Of a stretch of 64,000 nucleotides of DNA, positions 25,940-39,584 are shown one piece after another. Made by a program: the position numbers and the translations under genes. The stretch covers positions 10,230,001-10,294,000 of the forward strand of contig CDPCPM010000050.1 in NCBI GenBank assembly GCA_976551045.1. Direction: 5' to 3'. Under the pieces are notes generated by a model. That model had not been told where the DNA came from. It made no database searches and worked only from the letters and a program-made list of their open reading frames with translations. This DNA comes from Glaucostegus cemiculus. Its lineage: Eukaryota. Position 1 is the stretch's first letter; every line of letters starts with the position of its first letter.

Positions 25940-26239
25940 TAAGATATAAGTTAAGATCTTTATTTGTCACATGTACATTGAGACACACAGTGAAATGCAT
26001 TTTTTGCATAGTGTTCTGGAGGGCAGCCTGCAAGTGTCGCCACGCTTCCAGCGCCAGCATAGCATGCCCACAGCTTCTTAACCTGTACGTCTTTGGAATG
26101 TGGGAGGAAACCGGAGCACCCGGAGGAAACCCACGCAGACACGGGGAGAACATACAAACTCCTTACAGACAGTGGCCGGAATTGAACCCCGGTCGCTGGC
26201 GCTGTAAAGCGTTACGCTAACTGCTACACTACCGTGCCT
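25940..26239 (-). mobile_element. Young full-length V-SINE with non-CR1 (Rex1/Babar-like) tail
   Basis: tRNA-like head ggcacggtagtgtagcagttag / ggttcaattcc; V core gggtttcctccgggtgctccggtttcctcccaca; tail tttcactgtgtgtctcaatgtacatgtgacaaataaa. Confidence 0.9.
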
Positions 26240-28899
26240 GGGCAAACTTACACAACAGTTTGAGCTTCTGTCCAGTTTTGAGCCCAACACTATTCTTCGC
26301 TGCAAGTTAATAAATTGGTTCCACATCCAGAAAGTAGGCAAACAATTCCCCATCCTTCTTCTGCCATCATGTTACTCTTGTTGGAACTGTTGATGGAATG
26401 CTTTCCAAACGCTTTGCATATCGTGGATGCCAGGCAAGTGACATCAGAACAGGCAATGCGGTAAATGTATGTCAAACTGCACTGCAGCAAACAAAGTGCG
26501 ACAACAGCCTTCATAACTGAGAATTTTAAGTACAGAGAAATGCCTACTCCAAAGGTTTAGGAGGGGACTGTTTTATTAGTTGTACCACCTTAAGAATTGC
26601 AGCATATGACTGACTGCTTTCTGTATGTTGTTACAATGTTTCAGTAAGAAGGTTATAAGAACTTCTTTGCAGCATATAAATTCTTTGTAATGAAGTACCT
26701 TTACTTCTCAGTTTAAACTGCTGGCTATCCCCCAGTATCTTAGAGAAGATACTGAGACATGGCTTCAGCAGTGCAAGTTAATGAGATTATGAAATTTAGA
26801 TGGCAGGCTTGAATTGGAATATCAAACACTGGTGTGATTCTACCCAACAGAGTTAATAGACATTTGAAAACTGATACACAGTGAGCTGTGAGACTCAACT
26901 GAGATACTACACAGTAGAATAAATAATGAGGGAGCTTTCCAACTAGGTAATTTGTCTGAAGAATAGGGACAACAGAGGGAAGAATTTACACTCTATACTG
27001 AGCTGGCTATGACAGATAAACCAGAACAGATGAAAGAAAAGGTGTTATTTTATCTCATTGGTCACGTGGGGAGAGAATTGCACCTGCTATAAAGGCCACA
27101 GGTGTGACCCTGGAGAATGTATTGGATGTATTACAAGCACATTGAAGCTTGCTAGAGGTGACACAATTTACTGTTACCAGTTCTCTACTTGCAACCAAGA
27201 TTAGGGAGAATCCTTTGATTCATTCTTTATGGAGTCAAGGTTGTTCACTGATCTTTGCATTTTCATCGATTTGAAGGGATTGTTCATCAGAGAACTGTTT
27301 ATTTGTAGAATCCCGTGAGGGAACCACGAGCATGTGAAACAGCATCTACCCGAGAAAAGTACATAAAATGCAAGGCTGTGGCTCTCTCCAATGCCAGACC
27401 AGAAATGATAGATGGCCAACAGAAAGAAGAAAAAGTGGTGAGGTGCAAGACAAAAGACAGAACAGGGAAAGTGCAGCCAAGAGATTAGCTGTTGCAAGTA
27501 TTGTGAAACGACAACATGAATGGCTGAAAAAAAACCTGCATATGGAAAAAAGTGTGTGCGATGTGGATTGGAACATCATTTCTAAACTGGCTTTGATGAA
27601 AAGAACATCAGAATTATGGGGTGGAAAGGATGCAGAGTGAGAGTCAAGGTCAGATTCAGAGAACCAGTTAAGCGCAATATACCTGGTACCAAATAGTCTG
27701 ACCATTGTTTTGTAGGAAGTATGTAGAAACATTGATGAAAAGGCAAAGGAAATTTGTAAGAATGAAACAGAGATATGAGATTTAGATATCTTAGGAAAGG
27801 ACGGGAATATCAGTTCTGCCGAAGAGATGACCTGTGCCAGGGTGGTTACAGGGATGGGATGAGACAAGATGCAAGAAGCAATCGGATCTGAGAATGGATA
27901 TTTTACAACTGAAGCTCTGGGGAATCCGGGAGTCATAACAAATCAGCAAAAGGCAAATGTGATGGACAACTACAGAAGCAGATTTTTCATATGAAATGAA
28001 GTTTATGGAGGGTGGAGAATGGAAGCATTGGAGCAAACATCTTCAATGGAAAGTAAAATAAGGCAGAATGTAATTCAGTTTCTCACTAAGCACATTATGT
28101 TAAAATTACCCCAACGCTTCACTGCAAATGGTATTTATGGCTGCTACTTTAAATCCCAGCAAAGTCTCTATTTAGTAGACTATTGAATGAGTTTATTGGG
28201 GCTCCCTGTTGGTGTTACAGTCTATTAAGCAAACATTCCATTAACTAAGTGGCTGATGGACAAGAACTCAATCCCTCACATCCTTGTGAACAGGTCCCAG
28301 TTGGGTGACTAAATCCTGCACTAACAGTGAGCTGTGGGGAGGTCTGCTGTTCTACTGATCTCCAAGTCAAGTGATGACAGAAACGTCTGCCATCAAAGGA
28401 AAGTGACCACTTCTCCTGTTGAAGCCATGCGGAACACAACCTACAGTACCTGGGACTCCTATAACCCCTCACAAAACATACTGAACACTTGTTATTTTAC
28501 AGACATTTTCAGAAAATCTGTTCTAATGATGCTTGTTTTCTATTTATCACTATGTCACCTCTTTGTCATGGTGAGATGTTAGTTTTGGACAGTTGACATT
28601 TTTCAATTAAAACAAATTATATAAAATCTATGTCTCAGAATGGACTCAACTGATATGATGCATTTCATATCTTCAGGGCCTTCAAAATCAATTACGACCA
28701 ATTAATGACATAAAACCACTGTTTTATTGGTCGACACAGTAGCCAATCTGCCCATGTGAATGTCCCACAACAGCAATGATATGATGAGGTGTTCGCATGT
28801 TTCTGGTGGTGGTGACTGATGAATAAATATTGGTCAGGAAGCTATAGGAACTTGCCTGTCCAAGGCTATTTCAAATCTGCTGACCAGTTCTTTTTGGAA

Positions 28900-29500
28900 T
28901 ACAACACAGTGAATAGCAGAGAAGTCACCTTATTGAACCTTGGCTAGGCTTGTAGCACAATCCTGATCAATGTTTACAGAGAGTGTGCAGAGACATTGAT
29001 GAAAAGACAAAGGTTTGCAAGGATGACAGCAGAAATATGAGGTTTAGACATCTCAGGAAAGCATGGAAATGTTTATTTTCTTTTGAAAAGAAAATCCATC
29101 AGAATGATCTAATGTGAGTCCTTCACATTATAAAGGCTTTGAAGGTTGACAAAAAGTGAATGTTTTCGCCCAAGAAGAAAAGGTGAAACCATATGCCATC
29201 AATTCTGGAAATCGAGTTGATAACATAACAGAAATGTCTTTATCCAGAGAGTTATGGAATGAGAAATTCCTGGTGCCCTGTCCAACATTTATTCTTCAAA
29301 CAAATTCACTTACTTGATCATCATCACATTAGTGTTTACAGTATCTTCCTATGAGCAATTTGGCTGCTGTTTTACCCATAGCAACTACAGGGGGATGGAC
29401 CAAACACAGAAAAATGGGACTAACTCAGTGGGGTGACTTAGTCGGCCTGGATGAGTAGGACCAAAGGGCCTGCTTCCATGCCCAATAACTCTATCACTTG
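28900..29500 (+). mobile_element. Degenerate CR1 3' fragments with an interposed Deu-SINE piece
   Basis: Diverged ORF2 C-terminus; tail ggaccaaagggcctgcttccatgc. Confidence 0.5.
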
Positions 29501-30184
29501 CAAAATCCTTCTTTGATTGGATTATCCAAAAACGAATGTAAAAGTCAATACATGATTGCAAATCTTTCTTTCTTAGATCCTCGTGTGCTTATCACATTTC
29601 TCCTTAAGTGCATCAATATATATTCACGTCAACCGCTCCCTGCGTGTGTGAAATCCACATTCTCACCACTCTCTTGGTCAGGACGACCATTCCTAATTGG
29701 ATACATAAGTGACAATTTTTTATTTATGGCCCTGATTGAATCTCACCTCTCAAATGAACCATTTTCCAAATGTCTGCCCCATCAAATCCTCCAGTAATTC
29801 AAGATCTCTGTTCCATCACCTCCCCACCCACCCCAGCCTTGTCTTTTCAAGAGAAGAGAACTCCAGCCAATTCAATTGTTTTGTTTTATCCTTGATGTTT
29901 CTCATATCAGGAAGCTTCACCCTTCACCAGAGCCTTTCAATTGTCATAAACAAAGCTTTGTAATGGATGCCTGATGTTGTGGTTATAAATTATAGGTAAA
30001 TCATTGGGGAGTTGTCACTCAACTGGGTTTAATGTTCAGAGGATAGAGATAAAAGGCATCCAGTAGTCAGATGTTCCAGACAATGGGTTTAAAAGCTATT
30101 TCATTTCAATGTCGAAGATAAACATTGTCACTGCACTTGAGAATACATAGAATAGTTAAGCAGTGGAATAACCATACTTACATT

Positions 30185-30515
30185 GGACACAGAAGAAGGC
30201 CATCTGGTCCATGCTAGCTCCCAGCAGAGCATTCCCAAACACCTCTGCCTTTCTTATTTTCTCCGATCCTTGCATTGCTGCAACTTATTCTCTCTCACCT
30301 GCCCATCAGCAGCTATTTGGTTCTATTGCCTACACTAAGGGGTAATTTACAGTGGCCATTTAACCAATGAGCACATCATTGGAATGTGGGAGGAAACCAG
30401 GGACCTAGGGAGAAACCCACACAGTCACAGGGAAAACATGCAAACTCCATACAAACACCATCTGAGGTTAGGGTCGAATCGGGGTTACTGGAGCTGTGAG
30501 GCCATAGCACAACCT
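30185..30515 (-). mobile_element. V-SINE
   Basis: ttggaatgtgggaggaaacc...gaaaacatgcaaactccatac. Confidence 0.8.
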
Positions 30516-31189
30516 GAATTAACTAATGTATAATAACATTGAGCAAAACTGAGTTTGAGCCCAGCCATCCATAATATCACCACATTCACTTGGTCCAGTT
30601 ATGAACTCCTTTGTCATCCTTGTACCATTGTTTCACACTAAACACCTCAGAAACAGACCGCATTGTTGTAAACCTCAGCTGGAAGAGCTGAAAGTGAGTG
30701 GTGAGAAACTAATTATTGTACATCATGTTGTTAATACTGCCACTCAGGCATATAACTAACAGCCTGAGTGAAATCCTATCCCAATGCATATCCTCTCTCA
30801 TCAAATAAACACGGGCTCATTCCCAGACATAGTGATGGAATTGAAAGATTTGCCCAAATTGTTTGTGCCATAAGCCTAGAAAGTCAATTTTCATAATAAA
30901 TGGGGCAGCTTTATCACTTTGTGAAATTTCAATCTTCTATTTTACTCTGATGGACCTAATAAGTTTTGAAATTTCGAGCTAGACACTTTTCCAAATAATA
31001 TTGGAACCATGGCCCAGGTTTTAACTGTGGAGCACAGTCACACCTCAGATTTCCTCGTTGGCTGAGAGGAGTATTTCTGCTCTCTTTGACCCTTGAGGAG
31101 GTTTAAAAATAAATGTAAACCTGCCTCTTTGGGGGTATATCTGGCCTTATCACTGGGATGATATGGTCAGCAACTTGTTACTTCATGTA

Positions 31190-31460
31190 AAATTAACACT
31201 CTCACCCTGTCTTCTTTGGATCCACTATTGGTAGTTGTACCTTCAGTTTCCTGGACTTTAGACTCTGGAATTCCCACACTTGACCCCTCTAGCTCTCTTT
31301 ATTCCTGATAATGTTGCTTCAAACCCACCTCTTTCACCAAGAATTCCATCAGCGCCCTCATATCTCCTTATCTGTCACTTGTCCTGAGTACATTCCTCTG
31401 AATGATCTTGAACTGTCTTTCTCCATTAAAAATATTATATAAATGTAAGTCATTATTGTT
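31190..31460 (+). mobile_element. L2 LINE 3' end, degenerate
   Basis: ctctggaattccc...aaacccacctctttcaccaag...tatataaatgtaagt. Confidence 0.55.
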
Positions 31461-33139
31461 GAATGCATATTCTAAGGGAGATTGTGGTGGCTTTGTTCTG
31501 ATGCACTTTCCACCTGCAGTGAAATCCCATTAGCTCAGCTCCCAGCATTACCAGGGTGGGAAACTGACCCATGGAATTTATACTATCCAGGGATAAGATC
31601 ACCATCTATTTCATACATTTGAACATTTCTCCTACCTAATCTTGCAAACTAATGGGAAATACATCTCCCAAATTCAGTTTAAAGCTATCTGTTCATAAGC
31701 ACTGTCACATAAATATACTTATTTGGAGCATCTTATTTCCATTTTTCTAGATTTGTAATTCTGAGTACAACTTTAAACTAAGACCCCAGCCAGCTGTTCA
31801 AATAGTTGTAACATTGCCCTCATGTCAATTGAAGAGTTCTGGTGTGGTGTCACGGCCAAATTCCTCCTGAATTAATCACCAAAAATGAACCTAATTTGTT
31901 TCCCTTCTCCATTGATTGTGGGGACCCTGGTTTTGCCAAATTGGCTGCTGAATTTGTCTTCATTACTGTACTTGTGAAGTTATTTAGTTGTACTAAATTG
32001 CTCTGGGATAAGTTGTTCTGCTTTAGAAATTCCAGGCTACCTTTGTAAATGACAAGAAATGTGGAGCATCTCCAAAATCTTAGTTTGAAAACAAGCCCCT
32101 TTATTTCCCAGGTAACAGGACTTTGGGCCTCTCTATTTTCTTTTGGAAAATCGTAGGAATTAATAACTTTGAAAGTATAGTTTATTGGCAGCCTTGAACA
32201 TCAAAGTTTTCTTTCAGCATCAAAGATATAAGGTATTTCTCTTTTTGGTGTTCTGTTACTGAAGCTACAGTGCAATGTAACTTTAGAAAAAGTAACATGT
32301 TCAATAAAATGTAATTCATAAAATAAATCAAAACTGTGTTGATAATTCTCTTCCTTTGCTTGTTCACTGCAATAGATTAATCGGAAAGATATTTGTTCCA
32401 ATGTGTTTGAGTGGGCACTTTCCAACATAATGCAATTAGCTATAGAATTAATAAAGCTGTGCGAGAAAGTCTCCATTTTGTTTTCAGATTCCAAAGTATA
32501 TCCAATTGTAATTTACAGCTACATCCAGCTTTTTTTTGTAAATTCACGCAGAGCCTACAAAATAAAATATTTCATGTTGTATATGTCAATTTGCTTTCTT
32601 ATTGATTGCGTATTGACTCCTTCCCTATTGCTTATTATCTAACATTGCTACTCTCCAAAATTGCAAAAGGCATCAAGGGATTTGGGGAGGGAGCAGGGAT
32701 TGGGTGTTGAGATGGCTGATCAGCCATGGTCACATTGAGTCATACAGCAGAGTTGAAGGGCTGAATGGATGACACCTGTATGTTTCTAATGCTTGTCCAC
32801 TCCATGGTTCCTCCCTTACCCTATCATGGCTCTTTAAGGCTGTTCAGAGAAGCCTAGGCTTGTATAGAGTGAAGTTTAGAAGAGAGAGAGGGAGGGGACT
32901 TGATTGAAATATGTAACATCCGAGGGGTCCGTGTAGCATATTGAGCTGTGCAATTCTTTGTGTTTGTCTGCTTTGGGTTGCCGTAGTGTTGGTTTGCATT
33001 TAACCAGCAGAGGGAGCCAGTAGGGGAAAGAATAAAGGAGAGACAAAAAAAAATCCTGCAGATGCTGGAATCTGGAGCAATAAACAAAGATGGCTGCTTG
33101 CAGATGAGAAGCACATGCTTTTGTCTTCCTCTCTGTGTA

Positions 33140-33442
33140 TTACATATAAAGGTTGTCATGGTCTTGAGAGGGTGGATGTAGAGTGGGTCCTTCCTCTTGT
33201 GGGAGAATCTAGAACTGGAGTAACTGTTTAAAAATATCAAAGAAAGAGTTGAGGAAACGTTTTAATCTTTCAAACAGTCATGAGTCTTTGGAACTCTCCA
33301 AAGGGCAATGGAAGTAGAGCCAGTGAATATTTTTAAAGCAGAGGTAGATAGATTCTTGATAAGCATGCAGGTTAAAAGTTTTTGGGGGCTGGACGGGAAT
33401 GTGGAGTTGTGGTTACAATCAGATCAGCCAAGATCTTATCAA
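33140..33442 (+). mobile_element. CR1 LINE 3' end (continues through the minisatellite)
   Basis: gggtggatgtagag..gggagaatctagaact...tttaaagcagaggtagatagattcttgat...agatcagcca. Confidence 0.8.
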
Positions 33443-33816
33443 GTGGTAGGGCAGACTTAATGGTAGTGCAGTCCCAGTGGTAGGGCAGACCCAATGGTAG
33501 TGCAGTCCCAGTGGTAGGGCAGACCCAATGGTAGTGCAGTCCCAGTGGTAGGGCAGACCCAATGGTAGTGCAGTCCCAGTGATAGGGCAGACCCAATGGT
33601 AGTGCAGTCCCAGTGGTAGGGCAGACCCAATGGTAGTGCAGTCCCAGTGGTAGGGCAGACCCAATGGTAGTGCAGTCCCAGTGGTAGGGCAGACCCAATG
33701 GTAGTGCAGTCCCACTAGTAGGATAGACTCAATGGTAGGGCAAACTCAATAGTAGGGCAGTCCCAGTGGTAGGGCAGTCCCAATGGTAGGGCAGACTCAA
33801 TGGTAGGGCAGGCCCA
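33443..33816 (+). repeat. Minisatellite: 8 x 34 bp (dimer of 17-mers) plus 6 diverged 17-mers
   Basis: Unit gtggtagggcagaccca+atggtagtgcagtccca. Confidence 0.97.
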
Positions 33817-33911
33817 CTGGACCAAGTGGATCTTTTCTAATTTGTGTGTAAATGATGAATACTCGAGCTGCTTTCTCACTTTCTTGCTGCTGCGTGTGCT
33901 TTTGAGCCCAG

Positions 33912-34130
33912 GTTCTACATCTCTGCTCCCAGAACAAGATCTTGCTGGGTAGAGCACATGCAAATCATCAACGATACCATTGACAGAAACCACTGGGGCA
34001 GGATAGAAATAATGGAACAAGGAAGATTAACAATAAGTCTCGTGCAAGGAAAAAAAAGAGACACCTACAAGTATAAAAGGAGGCTAACAAAGCAAGAACG
34101 ATTGTCAGGAATACAGGATCAGAATAACAG
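33912..34130 (+). CDS. Candidate 219-nt symmetric coding exon of an unidentified gene
   Basis: Acceptor gcttttgagcccag|, donor CAG|gtaaga; stop-free FYISAPRTRSCWVEHMQIINDTIDRNHWGRIEIMEQGRLTISLVQGKKRDTYKYKRRLTKQERLSGIQDQNN. Confidence 0.4.
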
Positions 34131-34959
34131 GTAAGAGTATTTAATTCAGAATAATAATCGGTGACTATCAGCCTACCTATCGATCATACTCTCTGAGCTG
34201 CTGTCTTCTTCCCCAAATAATCTGACCACCCCTACTATCTCCAACTCTAGACCCTCACTGGCCTTGCTTCTCCATGCTGATTTATGGGCCTGCTTCCTAC
34301 CCCTATATTCCCCTCCTTCTGGACTGCTCTCTCCTAAACCGCTTCCTGGGCTTGATGAAGCATGTAAAGGAAAGGCTTTAAGTGTGTGTAGTGAGGACTG
34401 TAGTGCCTGATGCCTTGGACCTTGCACTACTGAATTTTCCAGTAATGGACCCTAATATCCTTTGGCTCGCTGTGAACCCAACATCTGACTGTGTCTTTGG
34501 AGCTACTGAGCAATTTATAAGTTTGAATTATAGTAAGTATATAGTTAATGCATTAATAATATGTCATAATATACTTCACAGGTTTTAGGGGAAGGTGCTT
34601 TAAAGTGCTCCCGTGTGCAGCCTTCATTCATCTGATGTATTCAAATGATTTCTTTGACATCTTGTCCTGAAAGATATAATGGTGGGTGAATTGAAGAGCA
34701 GTGATGATAACCAATATTGCAGTGCATACAACTTTGCTGGATGTACATGGATCTTATGTTTCCTTTATTGCAATAGGCACTAGAGACTGCTTCAAGTCTG
34801 ATTGGACCTTACTACAAATGTTTGGTTCAGGTATACTCGCATGTATATTCTGCTAAAGATTCAGATTCAGTTTGGATCGAGCCACACAATGTAGTCATGG
34901 CTCAGTCCTTTACCAGGGTTAGGATGATTTGCTTCGTAATACTTCATATTAAGAACATG

Positions 34960-35120
34960 TTTCAACATAGAACAGTACAACACAGTACAGGACCTTCGTC
35001 CCACAATGTTGTGCCGACATTTTATCCTGCTCTAAGATCTATCTAACCCTTCTCTCCCACATAGCCCCCCGTTTCTCTATCATTCATGTGTCGATCTAAG
35101 GATCTCTTAAGTGTCCCTTA
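34960..35120 (-). mobile_element. CR1 3' tail
   Basis: acatagaacagtacaacacagtacaggaccttcgtcccacaatgttgtgccg. Confidence 0.75.
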
Positions 35121-38100
35121 TGTTTGAGATTTTGCTTTATTTATGATGTTGATTGAACCGGTTTTGGAAACAAATATGAAAGTACTCTGGCTTGAGTATG
35201 GTTCAGCTTGGCTGTTGATAGGTCATGTTTTCAGTTAATAGCTGAGCAGACTTCACAGAGAGACCATGCATCAAATATTGGCTGTAAAATATTTTGAGAT
35301 GAATTGTGGTCCATTAGCACCATACAAGTCCAAGTTTTTCCAACACTGTTAGCCATATAAATATACAACCCCATTCATGTAATATTTTACTTCTGCAAAA
35401 ACCAATCTGGATCAGGAAAAAAATTATAACACTGAACATGCATTTTGAGTTGGTTGTTAATTTTATCATCACCAAAGTTCATGAACTGTAAGCCTTTTAC
35501 CACACAGATCAAATATTTTATCACTGAGTTTAATTAAACTCACCAACCAGACGTTAATAATTAAACTATTTGTAAGATTTTTACATGGAAATTTATTTAT
35601 TAATATTTATCAGAGAGAATGAAAATCTTGACATCTAAATTGCAAAACTTATTGATAATATGTTTGAGTAATGCAAGGGTTCTTGCAAATCTTGGGCAGC
35701 CCCTAAATGATGTGGTCAATGCAATATTATGTGCTCTGCCACCTAAATTCCAATATAGCTGTGTTGGCCATTCTTCAACAGCAAACTCCTGTGTGTGTCC
35801 CAGCTTTGGACTCCACAGGGAATCCAAAGGTCAGTCATTAGTTTCTGGCAATTCACAGGCACCTCCACTCAGTGACTTTCCCGATGAACATGAGCCAGTT
35901 TAGATCCAATGCAGGAGCAGTGATGACATTAATTTGGATGGAGCAGAATGGCCATAATAGGCCATGATAATTACTAGGCTGTTCACAGGTTTTAATTCCT
36001 TGGGTTAATATAATTACTTGAACTATATTCTTCATTTGTCTTAAGAGTTTTAATATTATTTCATTTCTTTTAATTGTTTGATTTATTTAAATAATTTTTG
36101 AAGACCTTTAAATGTTTCTGAATAATTAATCCTGAATGAACTGGGGTGAGACCAAGCCAGTTGTCAAGATCTTTTCCAGCAGTTGTGTTTCTTCTCCATG
36201 ACCCCTCTAAACATAACTGCTGTGCAAGACTCTTCCATTTTTTCCGTTGGGTTGGCTTTAAAAACCACGCACGCAGAAAAGGCAAGTTCATTCTTATCAG
36301 ATTGGTTGGCGGCAAATGTAGATAACTCACCACTGGCAGAATTTTTGGGCAAATTTTTCAGGCTAGACAACGCAGAGCACTAATTGACTATGGCTGTTAG
36401 AAAAGATGGAGCCACACTGATATGTGGTATGTGGACTGTGAGGAAGTGAATAATTAATGTTAATCACATACAGAATATCCATGTAAGTATTGACTACCCT
36501 AAATTTAAGATAACAAAAACACAAAAGATGTTTTAGAAACATTTAAATCACTACATCAAAGCTTCTTGGTGTTATTAGAACATAAGAGCATGGAAATTGG
36601 ACTGTATTGTACCCATTACTTGGGCACTAAACAGTCCAATTTTGCCTTCATGTGAAATGAATCATGCTGGAGATCATTTATCAATGAAATTGTGCCAGAT
36701 GCGAAATTTGTATTGAACATTTCCATGCACCAATCATGTCTGCATATCTGATGTATTCACAACATTGTGTTCACACCAAATGACGTCATTAAACACAAAA
36801 CATACATTATGCATACTGACATGGGAGTGGAAAGTTCCACATTATAAGAGAACATCATGCTAGTTTATTTCACAAATTTGTCCATTTATAAACTTCTTTC
36901 CCCATGTTTTGTGCATGAAATTCATGCTATTCAGGCTACAGAGGCTTTTACTGTAAATATACAGTTAACATTAAAGCAGATAGCGGTGAAAAGCCAGAGA
37001 ATATGTTTCTCATTTCATTGTCATGGAACAGTGAAGACTATGCAGTTACTGCATAATGTGGACATGATATAGAACATGAAGCAAATTCTATAAATGGAGG
37101 ATGACATTGGTGAATTTTCTATTTTATTAATGTGATAATCCATCACTATTCATGACACCCAGTCACCATATCCAAGTCATGAATTTTAAATTTTACTTTG
37201 TCAAATTTGATTGTTTTGCTAGTTCTTTGTCTTTTGAGTTTCTTTGATAGAGTAAGTGCTGTAAGTGCATGGTAATAGAGATTCATCAGTGAAGTACAAG
37301 GTACTAATTCAATGGAGTCAGTCTGATGATGTCAACAACACGACAAGATTAATATCCCTTTCTATTTCTTTGTTACCTCCAGCATCTACATTCTATTCTT
37401 TATTGTCAGTCTTTAACTTGCCCCTCACATGCTCACTTTTTTTTTGTATATTCTTGCAGCTTGGGATATCACATCTATAATGTTGCCAGCTCAAGGCACG
37501 ATGTGATGTAAATGAAGCACATATGTATCTCCTCAGGCAGTGCAGACGATCTCATGATATGGCTTTAATTCTGCATGTGGGTGCAAAACTCCAACCGGCA
37601 GTAAATGTATCAGCGTGTCCTTTCTTTAATTTTGAATAAGGCTTATATTGATATCACTCTGACTTTGTCAAAGGTTCAGTGCCACAGTCATGTCTTGAGG
37701 AGATGTTTCAGCAATGGAACTTCAACAACTTTGCGCATTGTTCCTATGATTACAATTCAGCACTGTGATGCAATTGGGCCAAATTGTAGGTCTTTGATTG
37801 GATCTTGTTTTGCTGAAATGAAGTAAAGAACATGCTCCCATATCCCCTAGAGCTCTCCTGGGTGGAAATATCTCCTTGTCTACCTTGTCGGGGGCAGGGA
37901 GTTGCCTTTTGCTTGGTTCACCTTAAAGTGTTTTTCATTATGGAAGCAAGATAACTTGATTACAGACATGCACTTAAAAGCTAATCACTGTCTGCTAGAT
38001 GAATTGCAAGGTGATGTGCCAAAATGGTCAAACTTAGGAAGACTTGAGGCACAAGAGATTTTGACTGACCAACAAGATGCTTGATTCATTCCATTGGCAG

Positions 38101-38559
38101 TGGTGACTGCAATACCGACAGGGGTAATGACTTAAGTTCACTGCTACATCCATGTGACAGGTATATAACTATATTCCCTTCTTAGCTTTGTGGTCATCCA
38201 ATACATGTACAATCAATATGTTAGGCAAGATAATACTGGTGCCTGAGCTCCAGCAGAAATGTGGAAGGTGGATTTTTTGAATTGATTTGGTTGGCTTCTC
38301 CCTGGGAGAAGTTGATTTGAAGTATGCTGTCCACAAGTTATTATATATGTTGAATAACTGGGGCTGGCAGCAAGTGCTTATTTTCACTGTCGGTTGATCT
38401 TTGCATTCAGGAAGGAGGGAGCATCTCAGAAGGTGTGACCTGTCGTAAGGAAAAATGAAGGCTATATTCTTTAAATGAAGGTTGTGGGGAACTGGCACAG
38501 AAGAGGAGATGAGACCTGGGGCAGATCAGCCGTGGTCATAATGAATATGATCATGTGGT

Positions 38560-39357
38560 CATACAGTTGTTTGTAGAATTGCAGATGGCAATGAGGAGGC
38601 ATACAGGAGTGAGGTAGACCGGCTGGTTGAGTGGTGTCGCCAGAACAACCTCGCACTCAACGTCAGCAAGATCAAGGAACTGATTGTGGACTTCAGGAAG
38701 GGGAAGTTGGGAGAGCACACATGGTGGAAAGGGTGAGCAGTTTCAAGTCTGTATGCATAAGCATCTTAGAGGATCTATCTTGGGCCCAACACAATATATT
38801 GCAATCTTGAAGGCAGCACGCCAGTGACTGTACTTCATTCAAGATTGAGGAGATTTGGTACGTCGCCAAAAAGTCTTACAAGTTTCTATGGATGTACAGT
38901 GGAGAGCATCCTGACTGATTGAATCACAACCTGGTATGGAGCCTCCAGTGCACAGGATCACAAGAGACTACAGAGGGTTGTAGACTCAGCCAGCTCTATT
39001 ATAGACACAACCCTCCCCACCATCCAGGACAGCTTCAAGACATAGTGGCTCAAGAAGGTGGCATCTATCATTAAGGACCTTCACCAACTGGGACATGCCC
39101 TCTTCTCATTACTGCCAGCAGCAAGGAAGTACAGGAGCCTGAAGACCCACACTCAATGATTCAGAAACAGCTTCTTCCCCTCCACCATCAGATTTCTGAA
39201 CTATCAACAAACTAATGAACACTACCTCATTATTCCTTTTTTTTTGCACTATTTATTTTAGTTTTGTAATTTATAGATTTTTATGTCCTGCACTGTACTG
39301 CTGTCGCAAAACAACAAATTTCACGTTGTATGTCAGTGATAATAATTCTGATTCTGA
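38560..39357 (+). mobile_element. Rex1/Babar LINE, 5'-truncated (RT C-terminus and 3' UTR)
   Basis: RIADGNEEAYRSEVDRLVEWCRQNNLALNVSKIKELIVDFRK; ends aataattctgattctga. Confidence 0.9.
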
Positions 39358-39584
39358 ATGGTGGGGCAGATTTGAGGGGCCAAATGGATCATTCCTGATC
39401 TCATTTTCTCGCATCCTTATCTTGCGCTGCTTCCAGAGCTAGCCCTGTGGTAGAAAAGGGGCCAGAAAATTTGCAAAATCCACCAACAAAAGAAAGAAGA
39501 TGAATAAATTGGGTCACAGAAAATAGTTGCTGAAATTCCATTTGAAACATTAGGAAAGGGTAAAGTGAAAATTTATACGTTTGG

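Noticed and set aside
26160-26239. tRNA gene (also ~47900-47977 and 51345-51415)
   Set aside because: A/B boxes belong to tRNA-derived SINE heads followed by the V-domain; no full cloverleaf
27346-27936. Longest ORF (196 aa, minus strand)
   Set aside because: Antisense to purine-rich degenerate LINE sequence; S/F-rich with no recognisable domain
33443-33816. CRISPR-like array, or repeat-protein ORFs (GLPYHWDCTT...)
   Set aside because: Contiguous tandem units with no unique spacers, no cas genes and a vertebrate context; the ORFs are by-products of a stop-free repeat
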